DNA of 56,342 nucleotides, counting the filler, from Bradymonadales bacterium (GTDB taxonomy: Bacteria; Bdellovibrionota; UBA2394), in NCBI GenBank assembly GCA_007693605.1. It is 4 parts of 4 records of this genome, joined end to end, with 100 filler letters (N's around TTAATTAATTAA, not from the genome) between each part and the next. Parts side by side here need not be neighbours in the genome. Positions count along the whole stretch, not along the records: positions 1 to 15,046 come from REDG01000017.1; 3 more parts are not named here. The stretch is one strand, 5' to 3'. Numbering within the stretch: position 1 is the first letter of the stretch; the number at the start of each line of letters is the position of its first letter. Below the pieces are notes generated by a model, which saw nothing but the letters and a program-made list of their open reading frames with translations, was not told the origin of the DNA and ran no database searches. Shown here in pieces: positions 1-10,321 of this stretch. A program made the position numbers and the translations under genes.

Positions 1-6
1 GCCGAG

Positions 7-36
7 GCTAGTCTGGCACTTCCGTCTCCCGACCCC
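7..36. repeat. Dispersed 30-bp repeat, family A, copy 1
   Basis: GCTAGTCTGGCACTTCCGTCTCCCGACCCC; recurs at 6322-6351 (1 mismatch) and inverted at 36370-36398. Confidence 0.9.
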
Positions 37-74
37 ACTGACAATTTTTGTCCGTTCTCAAAATCGGCCTCTCG

Positions 75-90
75 GGCAAGCTTTATGCCA
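75..90 (-). promoter_or_regulatory. Putative sigma54 -24/-12 promoter firing out of the window
   Basis: Minus strand TGGCATAAAGCTTGCC = GG-N10-GC. Confidence 0.5.
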
Positions 91-231
91 GCCCAAATGC
101 CAAGCTTTTCAGGGCGTTAGAATTGAGGGCAGTTCTTCTGAGGGCCGATGTATTTTCCTTGAAATTTCGATAGCATAGAGGGTGAGGGGTGTGAGGCGAA
201 GTCACGATGACTCTCCGCCTTATCCTGTGCT

Positions 232-2904
232 GTGAGATTTAAGAGAATGGGTAATCTAAATTCATTTCGAATCAGTCGAGCCGTTAGTCTGGTCGAGTTA
301 ATGATTGGACTGGTGATCTTCTCGGGTCTTGCGATCTCGATTGTCCTTTTAATTACGCAAGGCAGTGAACAACGAAGAATCGAAACCGCTAAAGTTCAAC
401 TACGACAGCAATCTGATTTTGTTCGAAGCCGAATTCAAGAAGACTTTCAAAATGTCGCTCGAACCTACGGCTGGCCGGTAAACAACGCGCCAGACCACGA
501 CAATACTGCCACCGATATCTGGTGGGCCATTCAAAGAATTGACCCTTCAACAGGTGCGAGCCTTGGAGTTCGAACAGGAAGTGGTCCAGCCTTGGATAGC
601 TTCAGCCTCTACCTGGCAAGCCCACTCGAGTTAAGCTATGTGATCGAAGACATAGTTGCCGACTCCGATTCGTCTGGTGATTTTGATTGGTTTGTTCTCG
701 ATAACGCGCCAAGACTTTCAGTTCCAGAAGGCTTCAGCCTTTCAGATCCGGCAGTCGTGCTCGCTTGGAACGCAAGAAACTTTATGCGAGCCAAGGTCCA
801 AGATCCTGAACAAGAGCTCTTTCTATTGTATTCTGACGAAGATGTTTTGATTGTTCGCAAAGAAGATTTTGAAGTGGATGGAAATCAACTTCGTATTCGA
901 TTTGCCCTGCCTGGAGACATTGACCCGAGGCAGATTTTTCGAAGTAAGTCTCCAAGAATTCGTGCCGTGAGCCGAGTGGACTATCTCGCCACCGCCGATG
1001 GGCTGCGACGAATTGAAAGAAAAGCAAATGCCTTTAGCTCGGATAATGTTGTTTCAGACGAGTTTTTGACCGAGGCACTGACTGAGTTTCGAGCGGACTT
1101 CTTCTTTGCCAACCGCCGTGGAGTCTTGGATGTTCAAAGCGTCACCGCTCCAAGCTTCTCTTTGAGTCATCCAGTGGCCGCTCCAAGTGGATCAAATGTG
1201 ACTTGGTCTGAAGCCTCAGCCATCACGGGACAATTGTCCGCTCGCAGAGAGAACCTCTTTGACAATGCTCAGGATCAAGTCTTGGGGGGAAACTATATCC
1301 AGCAAGCCTCTGATCTCGTGATGAGGGCATCTCTTGGTAACTCTGTGGTTGGAAGTGAGTTTCGAATGGCGGGCTTTACCGGTGGGGATGTTTCAAGTGG
1401 CTGCATTCCAACAAATGTTAGCTCTCACTGCGACCCCAACTGCTCCCATCTATTCACTGATCCGAATCGAGATAGCCCAACCTGGGCTGGGTACGGCGAC
1501 CTCGACGGGGACTATTGCCTTTGTGCAAGAGCGCCGGATGGGAGCATACAGAACCTTTCAGACCCCGCTACTTTTGCAAGCATCCCCGCGCTGACTTGGA
1601 CTAACGGAAGCCTAGACAACCCGGGTGATCGAGAAAGAGTGGAGGCGTGTATTCGATCGATGATGACAAGCTGCGATAGTCCTTGGCGAGAAAGAGACCC
1701 CCGAACTCGTCTGATCTGCTCCACTTGTCTGCAAAGTGAATACAAACAATTGCTCGTGCCAGGCTATACGAATCACAATGAAAACTTCTCGCAGTATCGA
1801 CCCAGCCCACTTTCTCATTACAGCACGCATCAAGCCGCTGAGTGGAACCAACTAGAGAGCTTTCTGGGAGCCGTTCACAGTGCTTCTGATAAGGTCTCAA
1901 GAGAGGATTTTGCGAGCTCTTATCCCAACGCTCATATGGGAATGCGCTGCTGGCGCTGGAATAATCCAGGAATTGGTGGCTGTCATGATTTGATGATGAA
2001 TGCCTATCCGGCCCTCTCTCGAACTGTTCCCGGCTATCGCAGGCTCAATAATCAGGCCATCTCCCTTCAGGTCAGCCCCATTATGAGAATTTGCCAATGC
2101 GAGACGATTCGAACTCGTTGGGGCCGTACTGCTACAGGCGTCAATCTGGATACCACCAGTAGCGGCACGCCGGTACCGAATGATCGGGGAGCCTTTTACT
2201 GGAACGCGCTTTGCTCTCCCGATATCTGTCCTTTCGTAGAAGACACGGCTACGGAGAGACAATATCAACTTAAATCCCAATACTTAGAACAAGGCTTAAC
2301 TGAACTGGATGCCGCCTACTGCGCTTGCCGAAGTGGCTTGACCAGCCCCGCATTGAGTTCCTTTGAAGAAGTGCCGAGGCTCACCAATAACTGGTATGAC
2401 TTTCGTGATCAAAGCCTATTGCCATCGACCTATAGCCACCCCGCCCATTACCAGTTTACCGATATGCCCAATGCCGCTTCTCAGCCAGCCAATCAATTTG
2501 GAATTAGCCAACGAGAAGTTCGCTTTCGAGTGGTGGGTGAGGCCGAGCCTCGATCTCGACTTTGCGGAGAGGTAGAGTGTAGCCATCCTCAATCTCGTTG
2601 GCAGCCAAGCGTCGGCTGCTGCCTCTCTCGACAAATCAACGAATCCACTCATGATTTTCATACCACCGACGCAAGAGTCAATTTTAGAGGTTCGGACCCA
2701 GGAAGCGGCTTTCAGGGCGGGCCCTTCTCTGGCTACTGCAGTGGCTCTTGCTCCAAGATTGGGGGAACCCAAGCAGTTCGCGCTTCACTTTTTAGTTCTG
2801 CAACCCTGCCTTCCTACTGCTGCACAGGAAACAACTGCGCGGGCCCCCCGCCAGACGACGATGACGACGACGATGATGACGATGAGTCCATTTTTACGCC
2901 CTGA
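232..2904 (+). CDS. Large prepilin-type (PilW/PulJ-like) protein with Cys-rich C-terminal half and poly-Asp tail
   Basis: Class III signal RA|VSLVELMIGLVIF with Glu+5; about 26 Cys, all after residue ~390; start may be ATG 247. Confidence 0.75.
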   Translation: MRFKRMGNLNSFRISRAVSLVELMIGLVIFSGLAISIVLLITQGSEQRRIETAKVQLRQQSDFVRSRIQEDFQNVARTYGWPVNNAPDHDNTATDIWWAIQRIDPSTGASLGVRTGSGPALDSFSLYLASPLELSYVIEDIVADSDSSGDFDWFVLDNAPRLSVPEGFSLSDPAVVLAWNARNFMRAKVQDPEQELFLLYSDEDVLIVRKEDFEVDGNQLRIRFALPGDIDPRQIFRSKSPRIRAVSRVDYLATADGLRRIERKANAFSSDNVVSDEFLTEALTEFRADFFFANRRGVLDVQSVTAPSFSLSHPVAAPSGSNVTWSEASAITGQLSARRENLFDNAQDQVLGGNYIQQASDLVMRASLGNSVVGSEFRMAGFTGGDVSSGCIPTNVSSHCDPNCSHLFTDPNRDSPTWAGYGDLDGDYCLCARAPDGSIQNLSDPATFASIPALTWTNGSLDNPGDRERVEACIRSMMTSCDSPWRERDPRTRLICSTCLQSEYKQLLVPGYTNHNENFSQYRPSPLSHYSTHQAAEWNQLESFLGAVHSASDKVSREDFASSYPNAHMGMRCWRWNNPGIGGCHDLMMNAYPALSRTVPGYRRLNNQAISLQVSPIMRICQCETIRTRWGRTATGVNLDTTSSGTPVPNDRGAFYWNALCSPDICPFVEDTATERQYQLKSQYLEQGLTELDAAYCACRSGLTSPALSSFEEVPRLTNNWYDFRDQSLLPSTYSHPAHYQFTDMPNAASQPANQFGISQREVRFRVVGEAEPRSRLCGEVECSHPQSRWQPSVGCCLSRQINESTHDFHTTDARVNFRGSDPGSGFQGGPFSGYCSGSCSKIGGTQAVRASLFSSATLPSYCCTGNNCAGPPPDDDDDDDDDDESIFTP
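2854..2883 (+). repeat. (GAC/GAT)10 trinucleotide tract encoding poly-Asp
   Basis: gacgacgatgacgacgacgatgatgacgat. Confidence 0.85.
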
Positions 2905-2945
2905 CTTTAGGCAAGAAAAGAAACCGAGAGGAAAAAGGTGAACCT

Positions 2946-5162
2946 ATGAAATCACGAATGAATCAAGAACGAGCCTCTGTTCTCCCACTCGTTTTATTTG
3001 TATTGGCTGTTTCTACAGCCACACTCGCTTACTTTCTGCGAGATTCTGAAATGACTCTCATGCGGAGCGCCTCTCAACAAGCGCGGGCCCAAGCGGAAAC
3101 CAAATCGATTGGGATCTTTGAGGCCTTGGCCCAAGAGATCCGAACGGTTGTCAACAATCAGTTGGTGCTTGGTGGCCAAGTTCGACGAGTGCAGCACCCA
3201 GGCTTTTGCACTGGCTCCGCCGCATTTGATCTGTGCTTGAGTGGAGATAACTTGCGAAATCGCCTCATTGCCACGGGCTTGTCGGCCCAAGAAGTCTCTG
3301 GCCTCAACATCCGACTGACATGTATCGGGCAAGGAAATGAAGATCGCTTTCAGTCTCTCAACTGTGACACTCGATCGGATGTGGCCGCAGAAAGCTTTCC
3401 TAAACAACTTCGAGTTCACCTCAGTTATGCCGACAATCTGAACAGCAACAGTCGACTTGAGGTTTCTGGAACTCTCAACTTGGCACCCACGACCTTAAAT
3501 GCCTTTGCCGCTCTCTATCACAATGTTCAAGAGCCTGTAAATTTTGGGCCCGGCTCTTGGCTCGGGCAGGTGGGCGTCTACTTTGACCCGTCCAGCGCGA
3601 GCGTAGACTTTGACTCTTCGATGCTCAATTTTTACGCTGGCTCGGGCTCAAGTATTGAATTCGGTGGGCTCTTTAGCTCTAATTTTGATGTCACAAAATC
3701 AACGCTTCATGGCGGCGGTAGTGTGAGTTTTAAGGCTGGAGTTCAAGATCTACCGACAGCGACGAGCGCACTTAGCGAAGCCTATGCGGAGGCGAAGTTA
3801 GCCGCAGAAGCTAGAACCTTGGTCGCCTCAAACTTCAGCCCACCAACGAACCCCTTTACAGCTTTCTCTCCGCACGGATTCTACGATTACAGCTCGGCTG
3901 AGTTGAACTATTCCAATGTGGCCACACTGGAGCTTTATAGCGCAGGCAGCGGCCCAGCAAGCTGCGAAACCCGCATGCAGAGGTTTCTGACCACGGAGGC
4001 CCACTGGAGGATTAATTTTGCGGGATTGCTCCCCCGTCCACTCGATGTGGAAGCTGTGTTTCTAGCGAATGCTATGCAACCAAGTCCAAACGCACAACGG
4101 GAGAACCTCCAGAACGCAAACCCCCACCTCAATATTTGTGCTGGTGATGGCTGCCACTGCCATCGATCTTTTACAGAAGTCGACTCTGTGGTGAGTTACG
4201 GGCCTTGGGAGTGCAGGTATTCGAGTCATCAGACCAGCTCCTATGATCCGAGTCCAGTCGTCCTCCCTCGAGGTCAAGCGGTGGCCTTTGAGGGCTTTTC
4301 TCGTGTGGATCTCGCCCCCTACAGTGGAAGCCTTGATGACTTCAATGTGAGAATGTGTAATCACCCTCATGCCTTTATCTCCGATTCAAGCTTTCACCTC
4401 AAAGGCTCCGGAATCAAATACAATGCGAATTACGGAAGCCAGGCCGACCCGGTGAATACGGCTTTCTATGTTAATGGGGAAGGTAATCCCGATATCAAAT
4501 CAGCAATAGTGTTCGACAAAGAGACCCTGACTGCTGGGGGAGTTCCCTTTGGTGACTTACTGGCTTCTTATACGGGAGAAACAGAAGTGAACGCTCGAGT
4601 CTTTGCGCTCGGAGAATTGTCTGCCTTTAGCATCTCTTCTGATCTGTTCAATAGCGGAAAAGCTTTGGGCAGCTTTCTTCTGCGGGGGGGAGAAGCGGCC
4701 GCTGGCGTCTCGGCTCTTCGAGCTCTGAACAGCGCAGGAGCCGTGACAGGGGGATTCAATATCACCAATCGAGAGTTTCGAGCCGGAAATTTCATCGGCT
4801 CGAACGCCCAAGTCTCGGCCATTCTAGGTTATTCGATTGCCGATGTGAACTTCCGACGCACGGATCTTCCCGAACTTCTATCGAGTGTTGGTGAGAACTG
4901 GCGAACAGTAATTGGACATGGCGAAGTGGAATTTTATGTCCCTACGGCCCATTCGTCGAGTAGCGGAGGATCTTGGGGTGGTGGCGGAATGCACCCCGGA
5001 ATGTCTGAGGGATCGGATGGAGTCACCATCTTTGTGGGCGGAGGCGTCACGATAGATGGTGGCGGCTCCTCTAAGGCTGATGTGGGTGGCGCTGTGGGCT
5101 CAGGACCTAGCGAAATGGACAGCGGCCTTGGCGACGCGGGAATAGGAATGAGCTTTAAGTAG
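2946..5162 (+). CDS. PilX/GspK-like minor pilin or adhesin, Gly/Ser-rich C-terminus
   Basis: N-terminal ERA|SVLPLVLFVLAV without Glu+5, followed by SASQQARAQAE helix; follows the PilW-like gene. Confidence 0.65.
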   Translation: MKSRMNQERASVLPLVLFVLAVSTATLAYFLRDSEMTLMRSASQQARAQAETKSIGIFEALAQEIRTVVNNQLVLGGQVRRVQHPGFCTGSAAFDLCLSGDNLRNRLIATGLSAQEVSGLNIRLTCIGQGNEDRFQSLNCDTRSDVAAESFPKQLRVHLSYADNLNSNSRLEVSGTLNLAPTTLNAFAALYHNVQEPVNFGPGSWLGQVGVYFDPSSASVDFDSSMLNFYAGSGSSIEFGGLFSSNFDVTKSTLHGGGSVSFKAGVQDLPTATSALSEAYAEAKLAAEARTLVASNFSPPTNPFTAFSPHGFYDYSSAELNYSNVATLELYSAGSGPASCETRMQRFLTTEAHWRINFAGLLPRPLDVEAVFLANAMQPSPNAQRENLQNANPHLNICAGDGCHCHRSFTEVDSVVSYGPWECRYSSHQTSSYDPSPVVLPRGQAVAFEGFSRVDLAPYSGSLDDFNVRMCNHPHAFISDSSFHLKGSGIKYNANYGSQADPVNTAFYVNGEGNPDIKSAIVFDKETLTAGGVPFGDLLASYTGETEVNARVFALGELSAFSISSDLFNSGKALGSFLLRGGEAAAGVSALRALNSAGAVTGGFNITNREFRAGNFIGSNAQVSAILGYSIADVNFRRTDLPELLSSVGENWRTVIGHGEVEFYVPTAHSSSSGGSWGGGGMHPGMSEGSDGVTIFVGGGVTIDGGGSSKADVGGAVGSGPSEMDSGLGDAGIGMSFK

Positions 5163-5175
5163 GTCGAAGAGCTCT

Positions 5176-6123
5176 TCACTCTGAAATGCCCGCGACTTGA
5201 GCTTCACGAGCTTTCAAGAGACTATCTTTAAGGCTCGCCAGGGCGCGCTTGACGGGAGCCTCGCCTGTAGCAGTCGGGTAATTCTCTAGAGCCATTTGAA
5301 CTACAGCCCCATAAGAAGAATCTCTCTCCACCAGCTTCTTCAGATACTGAAGTGCCAAGACTTGGCTTTCTGCTTTGGGCTGAGGAAAATTTCTTTGATC
5401 AAGTTTGGGAATACGGAGAGAGTAACCGCTCTCGGTCTGTCCAATTCCAAACACAAGTTCAGAATCTCCTCGCAGTTCTTTCAAAAGAACCTCCAAAAGA
5501 GGGGCTGAGACACCGCGAAGTTCGCCCAACAGAGTTTCAGAAATGGCTGCCTTGCCCTGCCGATTTTTAATCGCTTTGATCTCTCCCAGAATTTCTGCTG
5601 AAGATCGGCTGGTCGCGGGGACATCGTCCTCGCGAAGAATGCCGTTTCGAAAGCCTCGGGGGCTTAAGTCCAATAGACCTACAAACTGCTCCACAATTTT
5701 GGTTCCGACTTGATCGCTTGAAGGATTTCCGTCTCCAGAGAAATCGTTCCGCCCCCCAGTCGTAGCCGCCTGAAGCAAAAGATTTCCCGCCCGAGAAGAA
5801 GGTCCCACTTCAGAGAGCATTCGATTCCGCAAGGCATCTAGAGCAAGCCTTTGCGCTTTGGAGTCTTCCGACAGAAGATTCTGAAGGAGCTGCTTTTGCG
5901 CCTCGCGCATCCTCCCCCAGTCGGTGCCATACAAATCATCTATTAGCTTCTGAATCCACTCCTCGCTGGGAGGAGGAGCAGAGGTTTCAGCCGCGACCAG
6001 CAATCTATCGAGCGGCTCAAGACCACAGGAGCTTTCAGAGTCAGCAGCTGACTCTGCCATATCAAAACTAAGGACAAAGAAAGTGATCAAAAGGCCTCGC
6101 ATCATAACCGACAAGGCTTGCAA
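5176..6123 (-). CDS. Hypothetical secreted helical protein
   Basis: 315-aa ORF with hydrophobic N-terminal signal; start may be a few codons downstream. Confidence 0.7.
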   Translation of the reverse strand: MQALSVMMRGLLITFFVLSFDMAESAADSESSCGLEPLDRLLVAAETSAPPPSEEWIQKLIDDLYGTDWGRMREAQKQLLQNLLSEDSKAQRLALDALRNRMLSEVGPSSRAGNLLLQAATTGGRNDFSGDGNPSSDQVGTKIVEQFVGLLDLSPRGFRNGILREDDVPATSRSSAEILGEIKAIKNRQGKAAISETLLGELRGVSAPLLEVLLKELRGDSELVFGIGQTESGYSLRIPKLDQRNFPQPKAESQVLALQYLKKLVERDSSYGAVVQMALENYPTATGEAPVKRALASLKDSLLKAREAQVAGISE

Positions 6124-6321
6124 GATTTAGGCCTAGAAAAAGCTGGAGAACAAGAGCCTAAAGGGCCCGAAAACTCCAAGCTTTTTCATCCGATGAGACT
6201 AGATGAATAGCCGGACTGGGACATAAATTCCTATAGTGAGACTACTTAAAAACCTCTAGCTGAATCGCTTTACTCGGCACGATCCTGTCTTCCGTCAACA
6301 AATCCTCAGTCCGGTCATTGA

Positions 6322-6351
6322 GCTAGTCTGGCACTTTCGTCTCCCGACCCC
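6322..6351. repeat. Dispersed 30-bp repeat, family A, copy 2
   Basis: GCTAGTCTGGCACTTTCGTCTCCCGACCCC, 3 bp past the stop of the 6355-8844 gene. Confidence 0.9.
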
Positions 6352-6354
6352 AAG

Positions 6355-8844
6355 CTATTGGTACTGAGTCTGATCGTCAATTTCTGAGAGATCGTTATCG
6401 GGGCCGCCCTCGCTGCCACTCTCCGCGATCATTTTCTCCGTCATCAGAGTGGCTCCGGTGCTCCTCACTCGGCTGACCATAATGAAAGCCTGGCCCTGAG
6501 GAAAAGCTATGGGATTGATGCTTGAACCATTATCTGGATATCGTTCATCAAATCGGAAATTGAAGCCATAGCCTGCCTGACCAGCCACTCCCATACCTCG
6601 GTAAATGTGAGCGGTATAACCCCCAAGTTGCGTGAACTCACCCAGCTCCTCGCCAACCCTATATTGTTCTCTAAAGACCCCGCAACCATCTTCTACTGCA
6701 GCTCCCGCCACACTGCAACCCAGGCCTCGCATTGGATCGTCCAAATTATCTTCGGTAGGCTCAACATAGCCTCCTTCAAAGCCTGCGTACAAAAAGGCCA
6801 TCAATACAGGGTTTGCAAACCTTGCTCTCTCTTCTTCGCTCGGTTCAGCCCCTCCGGCATAGGGGTTCCCAAAAATGACATCGCCAGCCACCGACACAGC
6901 CCCAAAAATGGTCTCAGAGGTTTCAGGAAGCGCTGGTTTTGAACAAGCTCCCTCTCCCCTACTCCAACAAGTCTTGGTGCCATCATAGCCACCCCAAGCA
7001 TCAGCAATCACCTTTTTGTCGTCTGCTGGATCTAAGAAAACCGAGTCGGAATAAGTCAGAGTCAAATCCTCAAAGTAAACTTGTCCCAAACTCCCAATAG
7101 TGAGCTGAGTACTCGAAGCAATCGAAGGGGCGGTCTTGCCGGCCGGCTTTACACTCAAGCGTCCGCTCCCCTCGTTGTGGACAACACCAGAAAAGGCGCC
7201 CCGAATCTTTTCCACTCTGGGCTGAACTGGTTCCGATTCAGAATTCGAAGCTGGGATGTAAGCCACGAAAGACTCCTGGCAAACCGGACTAGAGACAATG
7301 GCCACTTGCTCATACTGAGTATCTCCTTCAAAGGAAATTTCATGCTCAGAAAAAGCAGACTCTGGCCGAATCTTAACCACTTGAAGCTCTCGATCGTTGC
7401 ACCGAACATGACTAAAGGAGATGGCACTTCGCACTGACTCTGGCAATAAACTCTCATAGCGCTCTTGATGCCGAAGGACGCCCCTTGGACCAATGGCTTC
7501 CATCTGAACTTCGACGGCTTGTTCCCCAGACTGGATATACACACCGCCACCATCAAAATGCCGAGTTGCGAGAATACTGGGAGCAATCACATAAACCCCG
7601 GGAGCGGGTGGTAGGTTTTGATCTACATTGGTGTCTAAATAGGGCCCTATGGCAGCGGAGGCCAATCTTGAGCGAAGCTCAGCATTTTCGACTTCAGAGT
7701 ACGGCTGCCCCACCTGCTCCCGACCGATGCCTGTAGCCAAACGAACAAGATCATTCCTCGCATTAAATTGAGGAAGAGCAATATAGCTCGGAGATTGAGA
7801 GATGTGTTCTCCGCCAGCCGACTCATCCCAGGTGGTTCCAGTTCCATAGACAGGGGCCTTATACGGGTGGGCAAAGCTAGCATAGGACAAATGCTCTACA
7901 CCCTCTCGTCTCTCGGCTGTGATAAATCTTCCATGAAAAGTAGGGCTCGGCATCGACCCTACATTATCGGTATTTCTCCACATCCTAGCTCCAAAGCCCA
8001 CATAAACATCGCCGAAAAAGTCTCCCCAAAGATTGAATCGATTGCCATTCTCGTTCAGACTCACCTGTCTAAAAATCGCAAAACGACTAAAGGGCTCCTG
8101 CATTCCGGTCATACTGATCGTTCCACTATTCGACATGGCCTGAAAAGACTGACCCGAGCCGTAGCGAACCTCCAATTGGAACTGGGCAAGAAACTGAATG
8201 CTCACCGGAGACCATCGAGTCTGAGCCGGAAGATATGTGAATTGGTAACGAACTTCGATTTCCTCTTCATTGACTTCCTGTCCATTCACCCCCAAGACCA
8301 AATTCCGAGGGAAGCCTGGAATCTGAGTTGCCGGCGTCCAGCTATCTGGAAAGACCGTCTGAAAATCAAATGTGAAAGTTTGGCCATAAGGTAATTCTTC
8401 GTTCTCTTGAAGTAGGCTTCGAAGTGCTTCAAAATTGCTGAGATCGACAAACTGCGAGTCCCCATCCACTAAAGTCTCCACCAGCTCTTGCTGGCAATTG
8501 AAGTCGGAATCCTCAGGCATCTGCAGAATTCGACAAGCCGCGGCGACCGGAAGATAGGTTTGAAAAAAGGCTTGAGGGTCTAAGTTCTGAAGACTCGAAA
8601 AATTGTCTTGAGGCAACCAAATGGCGGCCTCTGCAACTTGTGCAAGATAGGCCTCGCCTGCCTCCGTGGCCGCTCTTACCACCTGCTGATCGACTTCTAC
8701 GCCTTGAAAGATAGAACTAACTCGACTCCAGTGATCCGATCGTGTCAGGAACTGAGATAGGATAAGAGCGGAGACGCCCACCACCAATAGAACAAAGACG
8801 AGAGCCCCTCCCCTGTTTGAATTTTTTTCTCTCCAGTGTTTCAT
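6355..8844 (-). CDS. PilX-like minor pilin or adhesin with large C-terminal domain
   Basis: NRG|GALVFVLLVVGV prepilin-like leader; 829 aa; SD GGAG upstream. Confidence 0.7.
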   Translation of the reverse strand: MKHWREKNSNRGGALVFVLLVVGVSALILSQFLTRSDHWSRVSSIFQGVEVDQQVVRAATEAGEAYLAQVAEAAIWLPQDNFSSLQNLDPQAFFQTYLPVAAACRILQMPEDSDFNCQQELVETLVDGDSQFVDLSNFEALRSLLQENEELPYGQTFTFDFQTVFPDSWTPATQIPGFPRNLVLGVNGQEVNEEEIEVRYQFTYLPAQTRWSPVSIQFLAQFQLEVRYGSGQSFQAMSNSGTISMTGMQEPFSRFAIFRQVSLNENGNRFNLWGDFFGDVYVGFGARMWRNTDNVGSMPSPTFHGRFITAERREGVEHLSYASFAHPYKAPVYGTGTTWDESAGGEHISQSPSYIALPQFNARNDLVRLATGIGREQVGQPYSEVENAELRSRLASAAIGPYLDTNVDQNLPPAPGVYVIAPSILATRHFDGGGVYIQSGEQAVEVQMEAIGPRGVLRHQERYESLLPESVRSAISFSHVRCNDRELQVVKIRPESAFSEHEISFEGDTQYEQVAIVSSPVCQESFVAYIPASNSESEPVQPRVEKIRGAFSGVVHNEGSGRLSVKPAGKTAPSIASSTQLTIGSLGQVYFEDLTLTYSDSVFLDPADDKKVIADAWGGYDGTKTCWSRGEGACSKPALPETSETIFGAVSVAGDVIFGNPYAGGAEPSEEERARFANPVLMAFLYAGFEGGYVEPTEDNLDDPMRGLGCSVAGAAVEDGCGVFREQYRVGEELGEFTQLGGYTAHIYRGMGVAGQAGYGFNFRFDERYPDNGSSINPIAFPQGQAFIMVSRVRSTGATLMTEKMIAESGSEGGPDNDLSEIDDQTQYQ

Positions 8845-8892
8845 CTCTTGATTCTCCTTCGGTCATCTACCGTCAACTAAGCGGCCCCTCGA

Positions 8893-10038
8893 CTAGAGGA
8901 GCTTGTTCGGGTCTTTCAAATGAAAGCTGTGAACCTCGTCTTGAGCGGTTCTGATCCTGAGGTTTTCAATGTCAGTAAGAACTCTTCCCGACATTAGATA
9001 TCTCTGAACAACAGGATTCCCTTGAGCATCTTCTTGAGCCATTTCTATTTGAAAGCGCTCAAGACCCGTTGCCACGACCTCCCATGGAGCTTTCGAAGCC
9101 CCTTCCGCATCGCTTGGTGGTACATTTCGAATCTCTCGTCTCTTTAAAGTCCCACCGCTGAAGGCATAGTCTACGAGATGAACTCGTCTTAAAAGAGGCT
9201 GGGAAGCAAAACGAAAGCCCATCCAGTTTAGACCCAAGCCTGTGTTCCAAGTGAATTGCAAACCAGCCGCTCCCTCATAACCATCTGAACCACCAACCAC
9301 AATTTCTCGAAGAGAGAGTTCTTCTCCCGCCGGCAGGTTGACCTCACTTACGCCAGGCAGGCTTCGGGCACCCAAGTCACTGTTAAAGACATTGATATCG
9401 TCATAGACTTGAGTCTCTGAAACCATAAACACATGGCTCCAACCATTGGCTTGACTAATCGCAAAGAAATCGCCTGCAGTCGCTGCACAATCTGCATTGA
9501 CCCAGATATAGCTTGTCGTATTTGAATCCGTGCCGTCGGCATCTTGAGAAATAGGATTCGTGGTCATCACCGGAGACAATTGACAAGCATCGAGATTAGA
9601 AGCTGATTCATCACTCCAAACCACCAATCGCAAAGCGTCAGAAGGTCCGTTTGGTGGACTCCCAAGCGCTAGCTCTGTGGGCGGGACCAGATCCCGACCC
9701 TCCAGATAACGAAAGTCTCTGCCAGGCAACGGAATCCATCCCGCAGGTAAAATCACATCATTGCAATCCTGAAAAGACTGGGAGTTAAATGAGTTCGGCC
9801 CTTGGGCTTCGCAAGCAGGATGAAAGCCCACGACCCGATCCAAATCTCTCTCGATCGTTCGCTTCAAAAGAAGCTGGTCGGTCGATTTGCGGTGATCTTG
9901 GGCCGTCTGTCGGACTTGATCCGCCCCAGATCGCAGATACTGAACCGCACCCACTGCGAGCACTCCCACAATCAACAGAGAGATACTCAACTGGACCATG
10001 GAAAAAGCCGCTTGTTCTTTAACTTGTAGAGTTTTCAT
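8893..10038 (-). CDS. Prepilin-type PilW-like protein
   Basis: AA|FSMVQLSISLLIVGV leader; IERDL helix; VDY..GTLKRR..VVATGLERFQI C-terminal pattern typical of PilW/PulJ. Confidence 0.7.
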   Translation of the reverse strand: MKTLQVKEQAAFSMVQLSISLLIVGVLAVGAVQYLRSGADQVRQTAQDHRKSTDQLLLKRTIERDLDRVVGFHPACEAQGPNSFNSQSFQDCNDVILPAGWIPLPGRDFRYLEGRDLVPPTELALGSPPNGPSDALRLVVWSDESASNLDACQLSPVMTTNPISQDADGTDSNTTSYIWVNADCAATAGDFFAISQANGWSHVFMVSETQVYDDINVFNSDLGARSLPGVSEVNLPAGEELSLREIVVGGSDGYEGAAGLQFTWNTGLGLNWMGFRFASQPLLRRVHLVDYAFSGGTLKRREIRNVPPSDAEGASKAPWEVVATGLERFQIEMAQEDAQGNPVVQRYLMSGRVLTDIENLRIRTAQDEVHSFHLKDPNKLL

Positions 10039-10070
10039 CTTATGATTTCCTCACTTCGGCCTTTAGGGCT

Positions 10071-10086
10071 TGCAAAGCCCGTGCTA
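10071..10086 (-). promoter_or_regulatory. Possible sigma54 promoter of the second pilin pair
   Basis: Minus strand TAGCACGGGCTTTGCA; one mismatch in the -24 GG. Confidence 0.35.
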
Positions 10087-10321
10087 GAGATTCGGCCAAA
10101 AAACTCGAATGATTACATTGACTTAGAAGAAGTGACAAAAATCGACCGCAGTCTTTTCAATGAGCAAAAACATAAAACGGACGCTTTTTGTCACTCTACC
10201 CGTTGAAGACATGCCTGACAGAGGAAGATCCGCCAGCGGTCTAGCTCAAAAAGAGCCGATCCATTAAGGGACTGTCGCCAAACTCTCGCTTCGGAAGTAT
10301 TGCTAAAGAAAAGCTGCTCAT

